Below are positions 13,615 through 25,800 of a DNA stretch of 64,000 nucleotides, one piece after another. Position 1 is the stretch's first letter; every line of letters starts with the position of its first letter. Both the position numbers and the translations under genes were made by a program. The notes below the pieces were generated by a model. The model was not told the origin of the DNA, ran no database searches, and was given only the letters and a program-made list of their open reading frames with translations. Source of the stretch: Catajapyx aquilonaris. Taxonomy: Eukaryota. The stretch is taken from assembly GCA_000934665.2 (NCBI GenBank), contig JYFJ02001779.1, positions 1-64,000 of the forward strand, written 5' to 3'.

Positions 13615-16600
13615 CAGTAGATATAGGTCTGCCCTTAGACCAACCTCCTATTCAAAGCAAGAGAGGGGCGTTTTCACCTCCAGAGTTCAAATCCTGAACA
13701 GAATCATCTTTTCGGTTTCCTCTCGCTTTAGCAGCCCTGAAAGCCCGCGGCTCTTCTTCCTGACGGAAATTTGCAAGCTCTACTCCATTAGAACTATTGG
13801 ACCAGGCCATTAGCGCAGCATCGTCACGCTCTCTCCCATTCCTACTCTCCCCCCCCCCCNCCCAAAAACACTCTGCGACTCAACCCTGGCTTCTAACGAG
13901 ATATTGGTAAATATTTGCTAGAAATCCTGCGGATGGTTGGAGGGAGGAGGGAAAAAAAACAATATGACTTCATTTGTGGGGGGGAGCAGAAAATGCGGTC
14001 CGATCAGATCGAGTCGGCTCCTTTAAGTGAATGGTTATTAATGCTGGTCGTGCAGGATTTGATAATGCTTTTAGGTTCCCGGCTCGCCACTTTTCGGATG
14101 GAAAATTCCTGGCGGGATGAATTTTCATTCGGATTCTGGGGAGAATCCTTGGTGTTTTTTTACTGGAGGAGATGAAAAATCATGAGGCGTGCACTGTAAA
14201 CTTGGAATCGATAGTTATTTAACATAGTACAGTGTATTTCTCGATACACTGTTCATTCAATTAAAATGTTATACAAACTATACTTTGAAGAGTCACATAG
14301 AAAATGTTACTGTTCTGACAAAACCGGTCGAATACGAGAAAAACTACGCTAACAGGAAGAGACCCTTCCAAACCTTTCCCACATCGACCTGGTGGCTGTT
14401 TTAGAAAATAGACATGCATCTTAACGATGGAGCCCAAATTCTTTCAGTTTGATTGCAGTTCGATGAACAGATGTGAAGTTTGACTAGAAGTCTTTTTATC
14501 GTCATTGTATAGGGAAGAAGGAGCGGAGCATAAATGTCACGCGGAGAGTTGTGGCGGCTCCAACCTTTTCTTCCTCTATGAAAAGCCTGAGGGCTAAATG
14601 CCAGCTTACAGGAAAAGGTTTATCATCTCGCTACGACAAACACAAGGAGGAAAGAAAACGCCCTCTGGGAGGGGGAAAAGCTGAATATGAAGCAGAGGAA
14701 CCCATTAATTGAGACGATCGGCTCAGTTTGCCTACAGCTGACGCTACTACTACTACAAATTCCGCTTTTTTCGCAGAGACAGAAAAAAATCTTGCTTCTA
14801 CGACATTACAAGTTCATGTGGAGTGTTCGTTTTCCCCCCTGGCATTTCGCCGAGTCGAGTTTCTCAGGAATGAACAAATTGACGTCTCCCAAGAATTGTG
14901 TTCCTCCTTCCGATGATTGGATTAAAAAACCCTTCGTTGGAATGTGGGCGTAGGTTTTCTCAGAATAGTGAGGGGGCTACATGGGTTTTTAAGGCTGGAT
15001 GTTTTTCGGGGGGGACTTGGCGACGCCGAATTATTGCATCATTTTCAGACTGTTTTTTTCATAGTGGCCCAGTTTGTCTGGTTGATCACTACTTTTGTTC
15101 TCCTTTAGGAAAAGACACTGTTGCAATCATCGGTTATGCAGTTTCATGTTTCTTTACCAGAAATCTAATGCAGATTCTACTATTATATTGTAGATCTACA
15201 TATCTGCGGATTTTTTTCTTCCAGATGAAGTTTTATCAAGGATAGCACGTAACATTTTAAAAATTACGACACAAGTCAAATGTACACTCCATACTTTAAA
15301 AGGCACCTATTTATAGCCTACTCTTTCAACTAATGCATTATTGTTGTAGTTAAAATTTCGTGGATTTTCATTACACTTTACATGGACATTGGCGGTACAA
15401 TTATGCTACTAGGAAAAATGTAAATTAATAAGTTATTTTAAAAGCATTCTAGCTACTGCAAGTGTACAGACTTGATGAATTAAAACCACTCAAAAATTTA
15501 GTGTGTAACTGACCACTTACGACTTTTTTTCGCGTTTAACACACTGCAGTTCTCCAATTTCATATATATATTTTTTACAAAATATCGAATAAATTTCGCC
15601 ATTTCAAGCCGCATGCAGCGCATTTATCAATTCATTCCCGTTTGGCCCGTTTCGCTTTAGCAAACTCGTTCATTTTGGGCTCCTCTTTTAGTCGGAATTA
15701 CCAATATTTCTAAGTAATGTGTTTTACAGTTCGGTTAATGGATTACGTGGAATTGGGAATACGGCTCTGGATTCCTCGAATTACTCTAGTATATGTGGGC
15801 AGTTCTATAACTGTACGTCTTTTAGACGCCACCGGATTTATCTCCATCTATACCATTATTTACGTCCGTATGAAATAATTTAATAGCCTCGTAATTATTG
15901 CGCTCCTGTACAAATGCAAAAACGAGTACTGCAAACTTCCATAATTTATTGTACCGCCAGCTTTGTTGGTATATGCCAACAATTGCGAACTTCTGCCAGT
16001 TTCCTAGAGCTGTAGCAGGTATATACATTTAGCACTCTCGGTTGCGTTCACTTTCACTCCCAATTAATTTAATTCAAATTCGGGCCCGCCACTGGCTGGG
16101 CCCCCGCCTTAGTAAATTTACTCACTTTCCAACACCTAGATGAAAGCATTGTTCCTCCGCCCGGATTATTAATTCATCCACTCAGCGCCTCTTCGCGGGT
16201 TTCTAACCTGATGTGCCTTCTTGATGCACATTATTTATGGTAATGTGGCCAATAATTTTCGCATTATATAGCCGTGAGAGGGCCCGGACTGTCAAGAGGG
16301 GGTCCCTGGCCTGTCAATTTAGGAAAGTGGTGACGGTAGCTTCACACCGGAGAATTTATGCAGAAAGGGCCTGATGACAGACGCGGGTTGAGGGATTTTC
16401 CTAGAGTTTCAACCTCCTTCCAAATTGCGGCTCACACCAATGAGAAGATGGGGCCAAGGAAGATCTCAAGAAAGTTTCCAAGGAGGAGATGATTGCCGTT
16501 CATTTATTTTATTTTTATGGCTTTAAAATTCTAGAGGAAAGTGCGCAAAATGAGATGCAAGGAGGTGTTTTGTCGCTGTCAGGGTTTTGGAGCAAGTTTG

Positions 16601-18244
16601 TCGTGTTAGTTTGGATTTGTCAAGGAAATTTTAGGAGGAAAAGTTGGGCCTAGAGTGAGTTGGAAAAACTACAGAATTGCCCGTAATATTTTTACACACA
16701 GCACCAGATGTCATCTGTATATCATACTGTATAGTAATTATCGAGATCATGTCCGACCCTCTGTACAGTATGTGACAAATGGTCCGCACTGCACTCTGGG
16801 AAAGTGCAAATCGGGCTTAATTTTGGGCGTCTCTGACCCATTTATGGCAGCATCCAAGGCAGCTGGCGACTTGTCCGCAGCAGCTACGGTTAGGCGCTTT
16901 TAAAAAGTCCTCCGAGGTACAGGGAAAGTCCATCGTGGTCAGACGCAGAAGACCAGACTTCTCCGAGACCTTGCTTGCGGAGAGGAAAGTACTGGCCAAG
17001 AGAAGGTTGTTTCCAAAGCTTTTCTGAGGGTGGGTTGGGCTGTAAATCTCTCCCTCCCCCCTTGAAAATCTCCCGGAAACCTGCCAGCAAAGTCTGGAAC
17101 CGGGAGGATGGTGGGGAGGGAACACTCTGCGGAGGTCTTCAAGTTGGCCGAATCATCTGGACAGAGGTCCTCCTAGTGACCGCCAGACTGTCGCCAGCCC
17201 CGCACAATTATCAAAATAGTGTTTGTAGAAACTGGGATGGGCAAATAAATAAAACTGGGGTTGTAGTGTGTGCAAATTTTGGTGAATGTCCAAGCGAGTG
17301 TGGGTTGTACATGTACAAATGTGAAGTTATGGCCTGGAGCTTGGTCCGCATCAATGTGAAAGAATTGCAGAAAAAATATGGCTCGCTTTATTCAAAGTCT
17401 CACCCTACAGTTAGGATGCGGCTGTCGCCATAAATTCGGCGTAAAATATTCCAGCGGTACAGCTTGCTGCGAGCTGTTATTTTATGAGACACTGGGTTCC
17501 AAATGTGAGACAAAAATTCGCTTATTACGTTCATTTTACTCACTCATTATTTTAACTGTGACTCAATGCGTTAATAAGCATGAGTTGGCAATGTTTCATC
17601 GGGACTCCCCCGTTTCTCCTCTTAAGTCATGAGTTTGTCCCTAGACATCAGCCATCTTTATACGTCCATTAGGCGTCCCCTGCAGAAGGGACAAAAAAGT
17701 GGGGTGCATGAACTTTTTTCCTGGCAAGTAGCACTTCAATCGAGACTGACTGAAAAGTTTACTCAGCACTAACATCGTATCCTCTTTTTTTGTCTGGTGG
17801 CCAAACAGCTGCTGAGGTCATTACGACGGGGACACGACCTGCGATACCAGCTGAAGAAACGCATTTTTTCCCCTTATTTCAGTACACAGATTTACTACCT
17901 CCGCTTAATAGAAATAGAAACATGAAATATATCTACGAAGCTGTGGGGATTGCACAAGTCTCACTTCGATTCGTGCAGTGTTCAGGGGCTGAAATCTCAT
18001 AGTCCCAACTCCTTTTGCTCCCCTTTTTTTCTCTTCTTCCCTGCCTCTATTTCGATCCGCAATTTTCTTGGCAGTATTTCCTTAAAGGCTTTTGAGCGCG
18101 ATGGGCAATCAGCAGGCGGGATTGGGGCAAAACGGCTACAATTCCCATTGCTGAATCATACATCGCTGACGATAAAAGCTTCCTCCAATTTCCAAGGGTG
18201 TCTGCGATGATAGATTAATCCGCAGAAGTGCTTGAATCCGCAAC

Positions 18245-18262
18245 AGAGAGAGAGAGAGAGAG
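18245..18262. repeat. (AG)n microsatellite
   Basis: 9 AG units read directly. Confidence 0.85.
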
Positions 18263-20147
18263 CCTAGCTGACTCATGGGAAGTGGATGCAACTCCTCATT
18301 ATTGCATCCGATTCTTCGCTTGCGGTGTACATCGAGCCTCCGTATGTTTTAATTAGGAAGGAGTTAATGAAGAGACACGACCCGCTCCGTAAATCCAGCT
18401 TGAGTCTGGGTATTGCGAGACATTATTTTGCGTGAATTTAGTGCACGTGCCACGTCTTTCAAACTGTTGCATTTGGAATTACATGTGGGTGCGCAGACCA
18501 GAAACTGGGTCAAACTCTCTCGCGAAAACTATTAACACAAGTTGGTCTTGATGCACATTTTGCGAATCATGAAAGCAAGGACGAGCCAGTCTAGGTCTAT
18601 TAGATATAATGGCTGGAACGTCAAATTGGGTTGGAAACCACAGGGACGAACTGGATTGATTTACAGTGGCACTAAAAAACCAGAAGTGATGGAGCAACAA
18701 TTATGACCAAGTTCATAGTTTAAGAGTTTAATTAAGGCTTGTAAATTCTGTAATAATATTAACTGTAACGGCGGACATGGTTTTCATCTGATAAATTATG
18801 AGCTAAGGGGACAGGTTAATCATGTTGTTACTGTACAGTGTACAATCATGGACAATCGCTTGTTCTTTCCAACAGAAAAAGTGTGTGGAGTTCGCCATTT
18901 TTCGGAGACGGCCAACTTTTAGTTAGCAGCTGGGATATTCGCCTTTTTGCTTCAAAAATATCTCTTTGATCCCGATTCCAGAGCGCTGACATCACACGAA
19001 AAAGGGGGCTTATTCCTAGCAACGTTTTAATTCCTCTTCTACTTAGCCAGAGTCTCCACCGGACTCCATCCTTTTATTAGGAATATTAAAATTTTCATGG
19101 GCCACCCTCAAAGGTGTATTCTCGGTCAGCACAGATTGTGTAACCTCGTTTATATAGGATCTGCAGCCGGGAAACTTTGCCAGCTTCGCTTATGAGCCTC
19201 TCTGCACCCCCCTCTTTTTTTCCTAATCATTAGTCAGAATTTAAGCTCGTTAGGCGGAGCTGTTTGGTTGCCAACTTCAGAGCATCATAGCAAGAGAGTC
19301 ACCATATAGGGGCTGGAGCCGGCTGTTAATGAGGATGCTGCTAGGCTTTTTGAAGGATTTGGACCAAGTCCAAGAGCTGGGGGGTGCAAATCAGATATAA
19401 AAATTCGTGATGCTGATTGCACCTTTGCAATGTACCATTTTTAGTGTTTTCTCTTGTCATGTTGAGGCTAAGTTAGAGAACGGGGTCGTTTTGTTTCCAA
19501 GTGGCTTAATGTAAGTTGCGCTTCGAGTCGGAGGCCTATGAGCGCAAAGCGGCATTTAATTGGCTTGAATTATGCAAATCGGGGGCTGGGAAAAGGGCTA
19601 ATTTTAAACGCCACGTCTGCCGGTCTTCGTTTTTGTCACTTTCTGCATGTTTTTGGGGCCAACAGAAGCGTGAATCGAGGCTGAGTCAGCCCCCGACATC
19701 TCTGGTCTATGGAAGGTATTATAGGGTACTATTGATAGAAGTTGAGCGCCGACTGCCGACAACCGGGTGAAACTAAAGTGTGCGTCGAGTTAATACCATT
19801 CTTCTGAGAGGAAATGAAGTTTGCGCTAATTGCTTGCAATTGGATTGGCAATAATTCAGTTTCCTCCGGCCCTGGCTGAGGGAAAAGGAAGCCACTTGCA
19901 TCCAGCCCCTTGAGCCAAAGCTATATGTGAAGCAAGGGAGGCATTTTGGTTGCGTGGTGAGTCAGGATAAACCATACAATGGCAAAGCCAAGGTCGGTCG
20001 TGTAAAATTGCAAATTTATTACCGCGAAACGAGCACAACTGGAACTTTTTTTTGCATGATGTCCAAAATATAGGACGGAATGGCTTTCGAACTTTCGCGC
20101 TAAGATACCTCTCACTGAGATTGGTAACCCTGGAGGCCACAGGCAAC

Positions 20148-22655
20148 ATGGCCGACCCCAAGAATTCCGTGTAAGTATGACTTTCTATAATAAATCGTAA
20201 AGTTATGGCATTTCCTCAAGTCACACAGGGTTTTCTTTGTTAGTGCACTTTCTATGAGGCTATCCCGGTTACTATTTCGCCTGATTCATAAAAATATGTG
20301 CAGTTTCCAAACAGCCATAAATAAGAATAACAAGCGTCCAATATTTTGGACGTGATGCAGTACGGGATAGTTATGCACATTCATGCCACCTGGGACACTA
20401 TGTCAAAGAGGATATGTTATAAGATACATAACAAAGTAACAATTACCACCTATTATGCCATTGTTGTTTGTTAATGAACCTGTACACACTTCTTAGGAAT
20501 GCACTGCTAGAGATAGATGACATAGAGGATCTCTTACATGGGGACTATGGCCCGCCTTCGGGTAGCGAAGACGAACGGGCAAGCGATGATGATGATGATG
20601 AGCAAAATTTCGAAGAGAATCACAGAGTTGATGGCAATGACAGCCCATCACATGACGAGGACATTGATGATGGTGATGAAGGTGCATCGTCTGAAGAGGA
20701 TCTTGATGTTGACGACGATGACGACTATCCAACATATGAGTCAAGTTCTGGCCATGAGGAATCAGAATTAGATGAAAAAGAATTGCCTGCACCTTCTACA
20801 AGGTAAGCTTATTTCCTTATTACAATATTTCATAAGTGTTATGCTCATTACATGGCATATGCATAATTTCCTTTGCAGTACTCCGTCAGCACCAAAGAGA
20901 GCAAGAGTACAACCTAGAAAGGCTACAGTGTGTAAACAACGTGATGCAAACAAAGGTAACCGTCAAACCCGTGCAAAAACTTCAATGAAGACACCAAGGG
21001 GCGTGAAGAAAAGCAAGCGTCCTCCTCGGCAGTGGGCGAGACAAGACCTACCAATCCACATTACTCCAGAAAAAGATATTTTACTTCTTGGACCAGCACT
21101 AGAAGCTGAAACACCACTTGACATATTTCACACCCAGTTTCATCAAGATGTAATTGAATTTATAGTCGTTGAATGTAACAAATTTCGCATTCAGCTGAAC
21201 AGGACGAGAATGAAGCCTGTAACAAGTAAGGAAATTCGACGTTTCTTGGGAATATGTATTTACATGAGTGTAGTGGCGCTGCCCTTTCGACGCATGTATT
21301 GGTCTCCTGCAACACGTCAGGGATTTATTGATGATGCACATGTGACGTGTAACAGATTTGAGGAAATTTTGTATGTTCTACATTTTTGCGACAACACCTT
21401 GATCAAGAAAAAGGGAGAGGAAGGCTACGATAGGTTGTACAAGGTTAGAACATTACTTTATAAGTTCAATGAGACATTTGCCAGCTGTACAGAGCCCGAG
21501 TTGCAAGAATCAATAGATGAACAGATTATTCCATTCAAGGGGCAGCATGGTCTGAATGTTTATATGAAAAACAAGCCTTATAAGTGGGGTTATAAAGTGT
21601 GGGTTAGGGCTGGGACGTCAGGTTATGTGTATCAGTTTCAGATGTGTAGTGACAATCTTGTGACTGACGTGACACACACACCAGATGACATCGGAGAGTC
21701 AGGTCGTGTAATTCTTCGACTAAGCCAGGGATGCTCCACTAGGGACATATATATTCTTTGACAACTACTTTGCATCGCCCTCTCTTCTTTGTGAACTAAA
21801 AAGGCGAGGTTATTATGGAACATGCACCATTAACAGCAACCGAATGGACAAGTGTCCATTGAAAGGCATGAAGGAATTGCAGAAGGAGGGTAGGGGATCC
21901 ATCGACTTCCAGAGTGACAATGATGTCCTCATATGCTCGTGGTTCGACAACAAAGTTGTGAACATGGCATCAAATGTACACTCAGTCCATCCGCTTCATA
22001 AGGTGAGAAGGTTTGACAGGAAAAATAAGAAGCACATTGAAGTGCAGTGTCCAAACCTGATCAAGCTATATAACAAGCATATGGGTGGTGTGGACAAATG
22101 TGACATGCTACTCTCCTTGTACTATCAGTCCAACAAGAATTGTCGCAGCGGCAGCGCACGAACTACAATCTACGAGCACAGGTATACGAGAGACTGCAGT
22201 TCGTGCGCTGCCGCTTGCGACAATTCTTGTTGGACACCAGGTACAGGTTGAAGCTGAAAGGTAAAAAATGGCATAAGCGCATTCTTTTCCACTTTTTGGG
22301 ATTGTGTGTCACCAATGCCTGGATTCTGTACAGGAAAAAGAAACAGTGTAGTATGCAGTTAGTTCACTTCAAACTACAAGTTGCAAGGTCACTAATTGCT
22401 ACAGAGAGGGGCAGTGAAGACTGCACATCAGCAAATGCGCTTCACCGTCATATGTCAAGCAAGCAGGTCTCTGCAAACGCGAGGTATGACAGGATTGGTC
22501 ACTTTCCTGCGCAGAATGATGGAAAAAATGCACAAAGGTGTAAAATGGAAAACTGTGCCAGAAAATCCACTTTCTTTTGTCGCAAATGTGGTGTATTTCT
22601 CTGTATGAGCAGGAAGAGTGACTGTTTTTATCATTTCCACACACGAGCAACATAA
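20148..22655 (+). pseudogene. piggyBac transposase, intron-containing and disrupted; join(20148..20170,20497..20802,20879..22655), ~660 aa when repaired
   Basis: Catalytic DDD context intact: SIDEQIIPFKG, FFDNYF (after the frameshift), YNKHMGGVDKCD. Also KPYKWGYKVW and a C-terminal Cys-rich domain RCKMENC...CRKCGVFLC...CFYHFH. Introns 20171..20496 (GTAAGT...TTAG) and 20803..20878 (GTAAGC...TTGCAG), both phase 2 and frame-consistent. Lesions: one extra base in CAGGGATG (~21728-21730) and a 122-bp insertion at 22119..22240. Confidence 0.88.
22119..22244. mobile_element. Hairpin MITE-like insertion (118 bp between two GTAC copies) inside the transposase ORF
   Basis: Arms 22128..22164 (GTCCAACAAGAATTGTCGCAGCGGCAGCGCACGAACT) and 22198..22235 are reverse complements except for one extra T. 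Flanked by GTAC at 22119..22122 and 22241..22244. Removing 122 bp rejoins DMLLSLY to RLKLKGKKW. Confidence 0.85.
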
Positions 22656-22869
22656 TAAATGGGCATTCCTGAACTTGTAATTTTTATTCCTAGTTTTCCT
22701 TATTGACATGGTGTCCAATAGATTGGTCAGTATAAATTTCGTCAGTACTCCTGATTGGCATGTTGTCCAAAATTTTGAACGGACCATAGAGCATGAACTA
22801 TGATCAAGCGAACATTTATGTCAATGTCAAATGGTTTTTTGTGACCAAACAGCTATAAGATTGCCAGTA

Positions 22870-22875
22870 AATAAA
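22870..22875 (+). promoter_or_regulatory. Candidate polyadenylation signal of the transposase transcript
   Basis: AATAAA ~215 nt after the stop and just inside the right terminus. Another AATAAA overlaps the stop at 22654..22659. Confidence 0.3.
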
Positions 22876-25800
22876 AATCCGTTCACTGGAAGTGGTTTCA
22901 TGCAGCAAAGGGCTAGGACTTGTTACTCTCCAGCTGTATGCAACATTATTCACGTGGATGCAGAGACGTAAATATTGTGGGTCACGAGTGGAAGCATTCA
23001 GGACCTGTTCTTAAAATTATATGTCAGCAATCCATTCAAAGTCAGAACAAGAATTCATGCAAGGTTGCCAGTACAATAGCCTGCAATGTAATGAATATGA
23101 ACTTGCATGTAATATTCATTACAATGCTATTTATTAAATCTGTAACCTAAAATTATCAATGATTTGGCGCAAAATGTTTACAAATAGGACGCGAATCAAT
23201 ACAGTAGAGTGGCGGTGGCTGCTCCAACTAAATGAGACGTCCTTTGCTACTCTGAGTAGACAACTGGCCCAATAGATGGAAGGGATGTGTCTCTTTGCCA
23301 GAACATGTCGAGAATGACATACACTGTATAGAGTCTATAGACTACCTACTGTATATCATACGGTAAAAGTATTTGGGAGATCTGCATTATTCAAACTAAA
23401 ATCTCTTCCATCTAGAAATCATTTCATTGATGTGCCACTTACCTTTTTGGATTTTATATTTTCACATGAACTGCCCGATCACCTTACATGTGTGACATAT
23501 CATGTCAAGTCTGGGTGATTGCTGATGTTAATAAACACATAATTATAAAGATATAAATTATAGCTAATAAAAAAAAATTTGAAGGCGAGAGGCAGTCTTA
23601 AAGTATACTTCATGAAATATATCCCTATACATCCACTGTCAGCGTCAATATGCTCGTAAATGTTGCATTTCAGTTGCTCATTACATTGCATTCCGCCTCT
23701 CGTTTGACGACGTCAAAATTGCGAGGAAGGCAGCTGGTCTTGTTCGATCTGAAATTTGAGCTCCTCGTTTCATCTATACAGGAAGGGCTTGGGTGCCTCC
23801 AACTTTGCTTTGGGGCGGGTCTGCTGCGGCACACTTTGAATATATGCCCCTGGGGAACTCTCAACTGAAAAACCCGGGACCTCACATGGCACTAGAAATA
23901 CACGAATATACACCTGAACCCTACAGGGGGTTTCATAATGATTCAAACTAACTTCTAGAGTGAACTCAAGCGGACCAAAGGAACACTTTATGTAGAGATA
24001 TCATTTCGTCTCCGCAGCCTCGTTACTGAAACAATTAGCTTGAAATACAAAATGGTAAAAGAATGTCCTATCACGCACACTAAGATTAACACAACAGGTG
24101 CTATAAATTTAATAATATGATCAACTTTTATTAATCATCTGCATTGATGTACCCGCTTAAGCTAATGTTTGTACATTACTTTTTAGATTAACCCGCCCCA
24201 TTTCACTTCACGTGTAACGTTGCAAAAGACGGGAATTTCTTGGGATATGATGCCCCTTTTGCTGGCTCAAGGTTAGTTAACATTTCTTTGTGCTAATGTG
24301 AACTTCACCTGCCTTTTCTAGACCCGTAGGGCATTGTTTATCTTACTGAGCAGTGTAACAACCACAGCCCTTGATTTGATTATTTTGGTGCAGAGACGCA
24401 GATTATGATACACACACGGAAAAACCTCGTGGCGCGGGCTTTCAGGATGAGGGTTTGCACTTCAACACCATGATACGTGAGATAGCTTGCAGAGCCGGCG
24501 GGTCTTCTTTTATATTTCTATAGACGAAACTGTACCCGTATTTTAGAACTTTCGCTCGCATTTTATATCCTTAAGCAGAGTAAACTACTAGGGAAAACTT
24601 GGGTTTTGAAGTGGAGGTATACGGTTGTGTTACATAACACGTGTAGATTTACTCTGCACTCTCGATAAAGTTTCCCTTCACAAGATTTTTAATAATTTGT
24701 TCAGCTCTTTATCCATTTTTTGCGGAGAGATGTGAGGATTTTTTTAAATATTCTTGGAGCATACTATCCGTTAAAGCCGGTCTACAGTATACAGTAAAGG
24801 TGGAACATAGCAGCGATTTTTCCGTCTCGCTTCGTTCGCCACAATTTTACTAAGGCTAATGTAAGAATCGCAGAAAAGATATGTAAATGTAGGCCACCTA
24901 TTTTCTGTGGTCCATTGAGATTTGTGATAAAAATTGTGCTTGACAGCTCGTACTAAAAAGTGAAAAATTGCAAACCAGGAATACAGATATTAGAGTCAAG
25001 GTGCAAGTCTGTAGATCAGCCATAATTATCGTCAGTTTGTTTTGTAATTTTGGAAAACCACTTTACAAATGTTTGCACTCCCTTCATGCCTCTAGATCCG
25101 CCCATATGGATTACACTAACATTGTCTCCATTTAATGCATCAATATCTGTCCACCTAAAAACCGGAGTGGGGGTGGAGTTGGGATGATAAGCTCCATCAT
25201 TAGCCCCGAGTGTATTATTCTTAATTGAAACTGGTTCAGTGTAGCGTGGTTGACGATATAAAACGCATTTTTGGCTCCCTATAACCTCATTTGATACTGT
25301 AGCTCGTAGAGCAGTGTAAGTCAGAATAGCAAACCAACAGTTCCTACTTAATATTTCTGTTACGACTACAGTGTAACACACCTTTCATGTGAAACACGCC
25401 ACACTGTCTTACCGTAATAATGTCTAAAATATTCTTGGAAACGTCGGAATAAGTGACTCTTTTTATTCATGGCCGAGACTCATGATAGTGTGGGAAAACC
25501 TAACTGTCTTATTATGTACGTTGTCGGCCTTTATCTCTCTCTTTTATAGGTTCAACCCCTCTGTAATAAAGATGAGGACGTTATACGATCCCTGTGAATT
25601 TCTTTTTCATAGACACATCAAAATGTCGTGGTAGACAATACCTATTCACAACATATTAAATATTGCCACCTACAGTGATGATGCAGGATATTTAACTACA
25701 AAAATAGAACTGTGGAGTGAAAGTTAAAATGATTTGACTTTCCAGCACACTACTCTTTAAAAAAATGTTTGACGTATGGGACAAGATATGAGTCGGGCAC

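Larger units (their letters stand above)
20045..22912 (+). mobile_element. piggyBac-superfamily DNA transposon (PGBD2/3-like transposase), decayed ends
   Basis: Transposase motifs as in the next feature. The right end reads ...CATGCAGCAAAGGG (22899..22912), a typical piggyBac terminus. A 24-bp motif (GCATGWTGTCCAAAATWTWGRACG) recurs near both ends. No TTAA duplication, so boundaries are approximate. Confidence 0.75.

Noticed and set aside
13849..13863. Poly-C run containing an N
   Set aside because: Assembly ambiguity in a homopolymer, not a biological signal.
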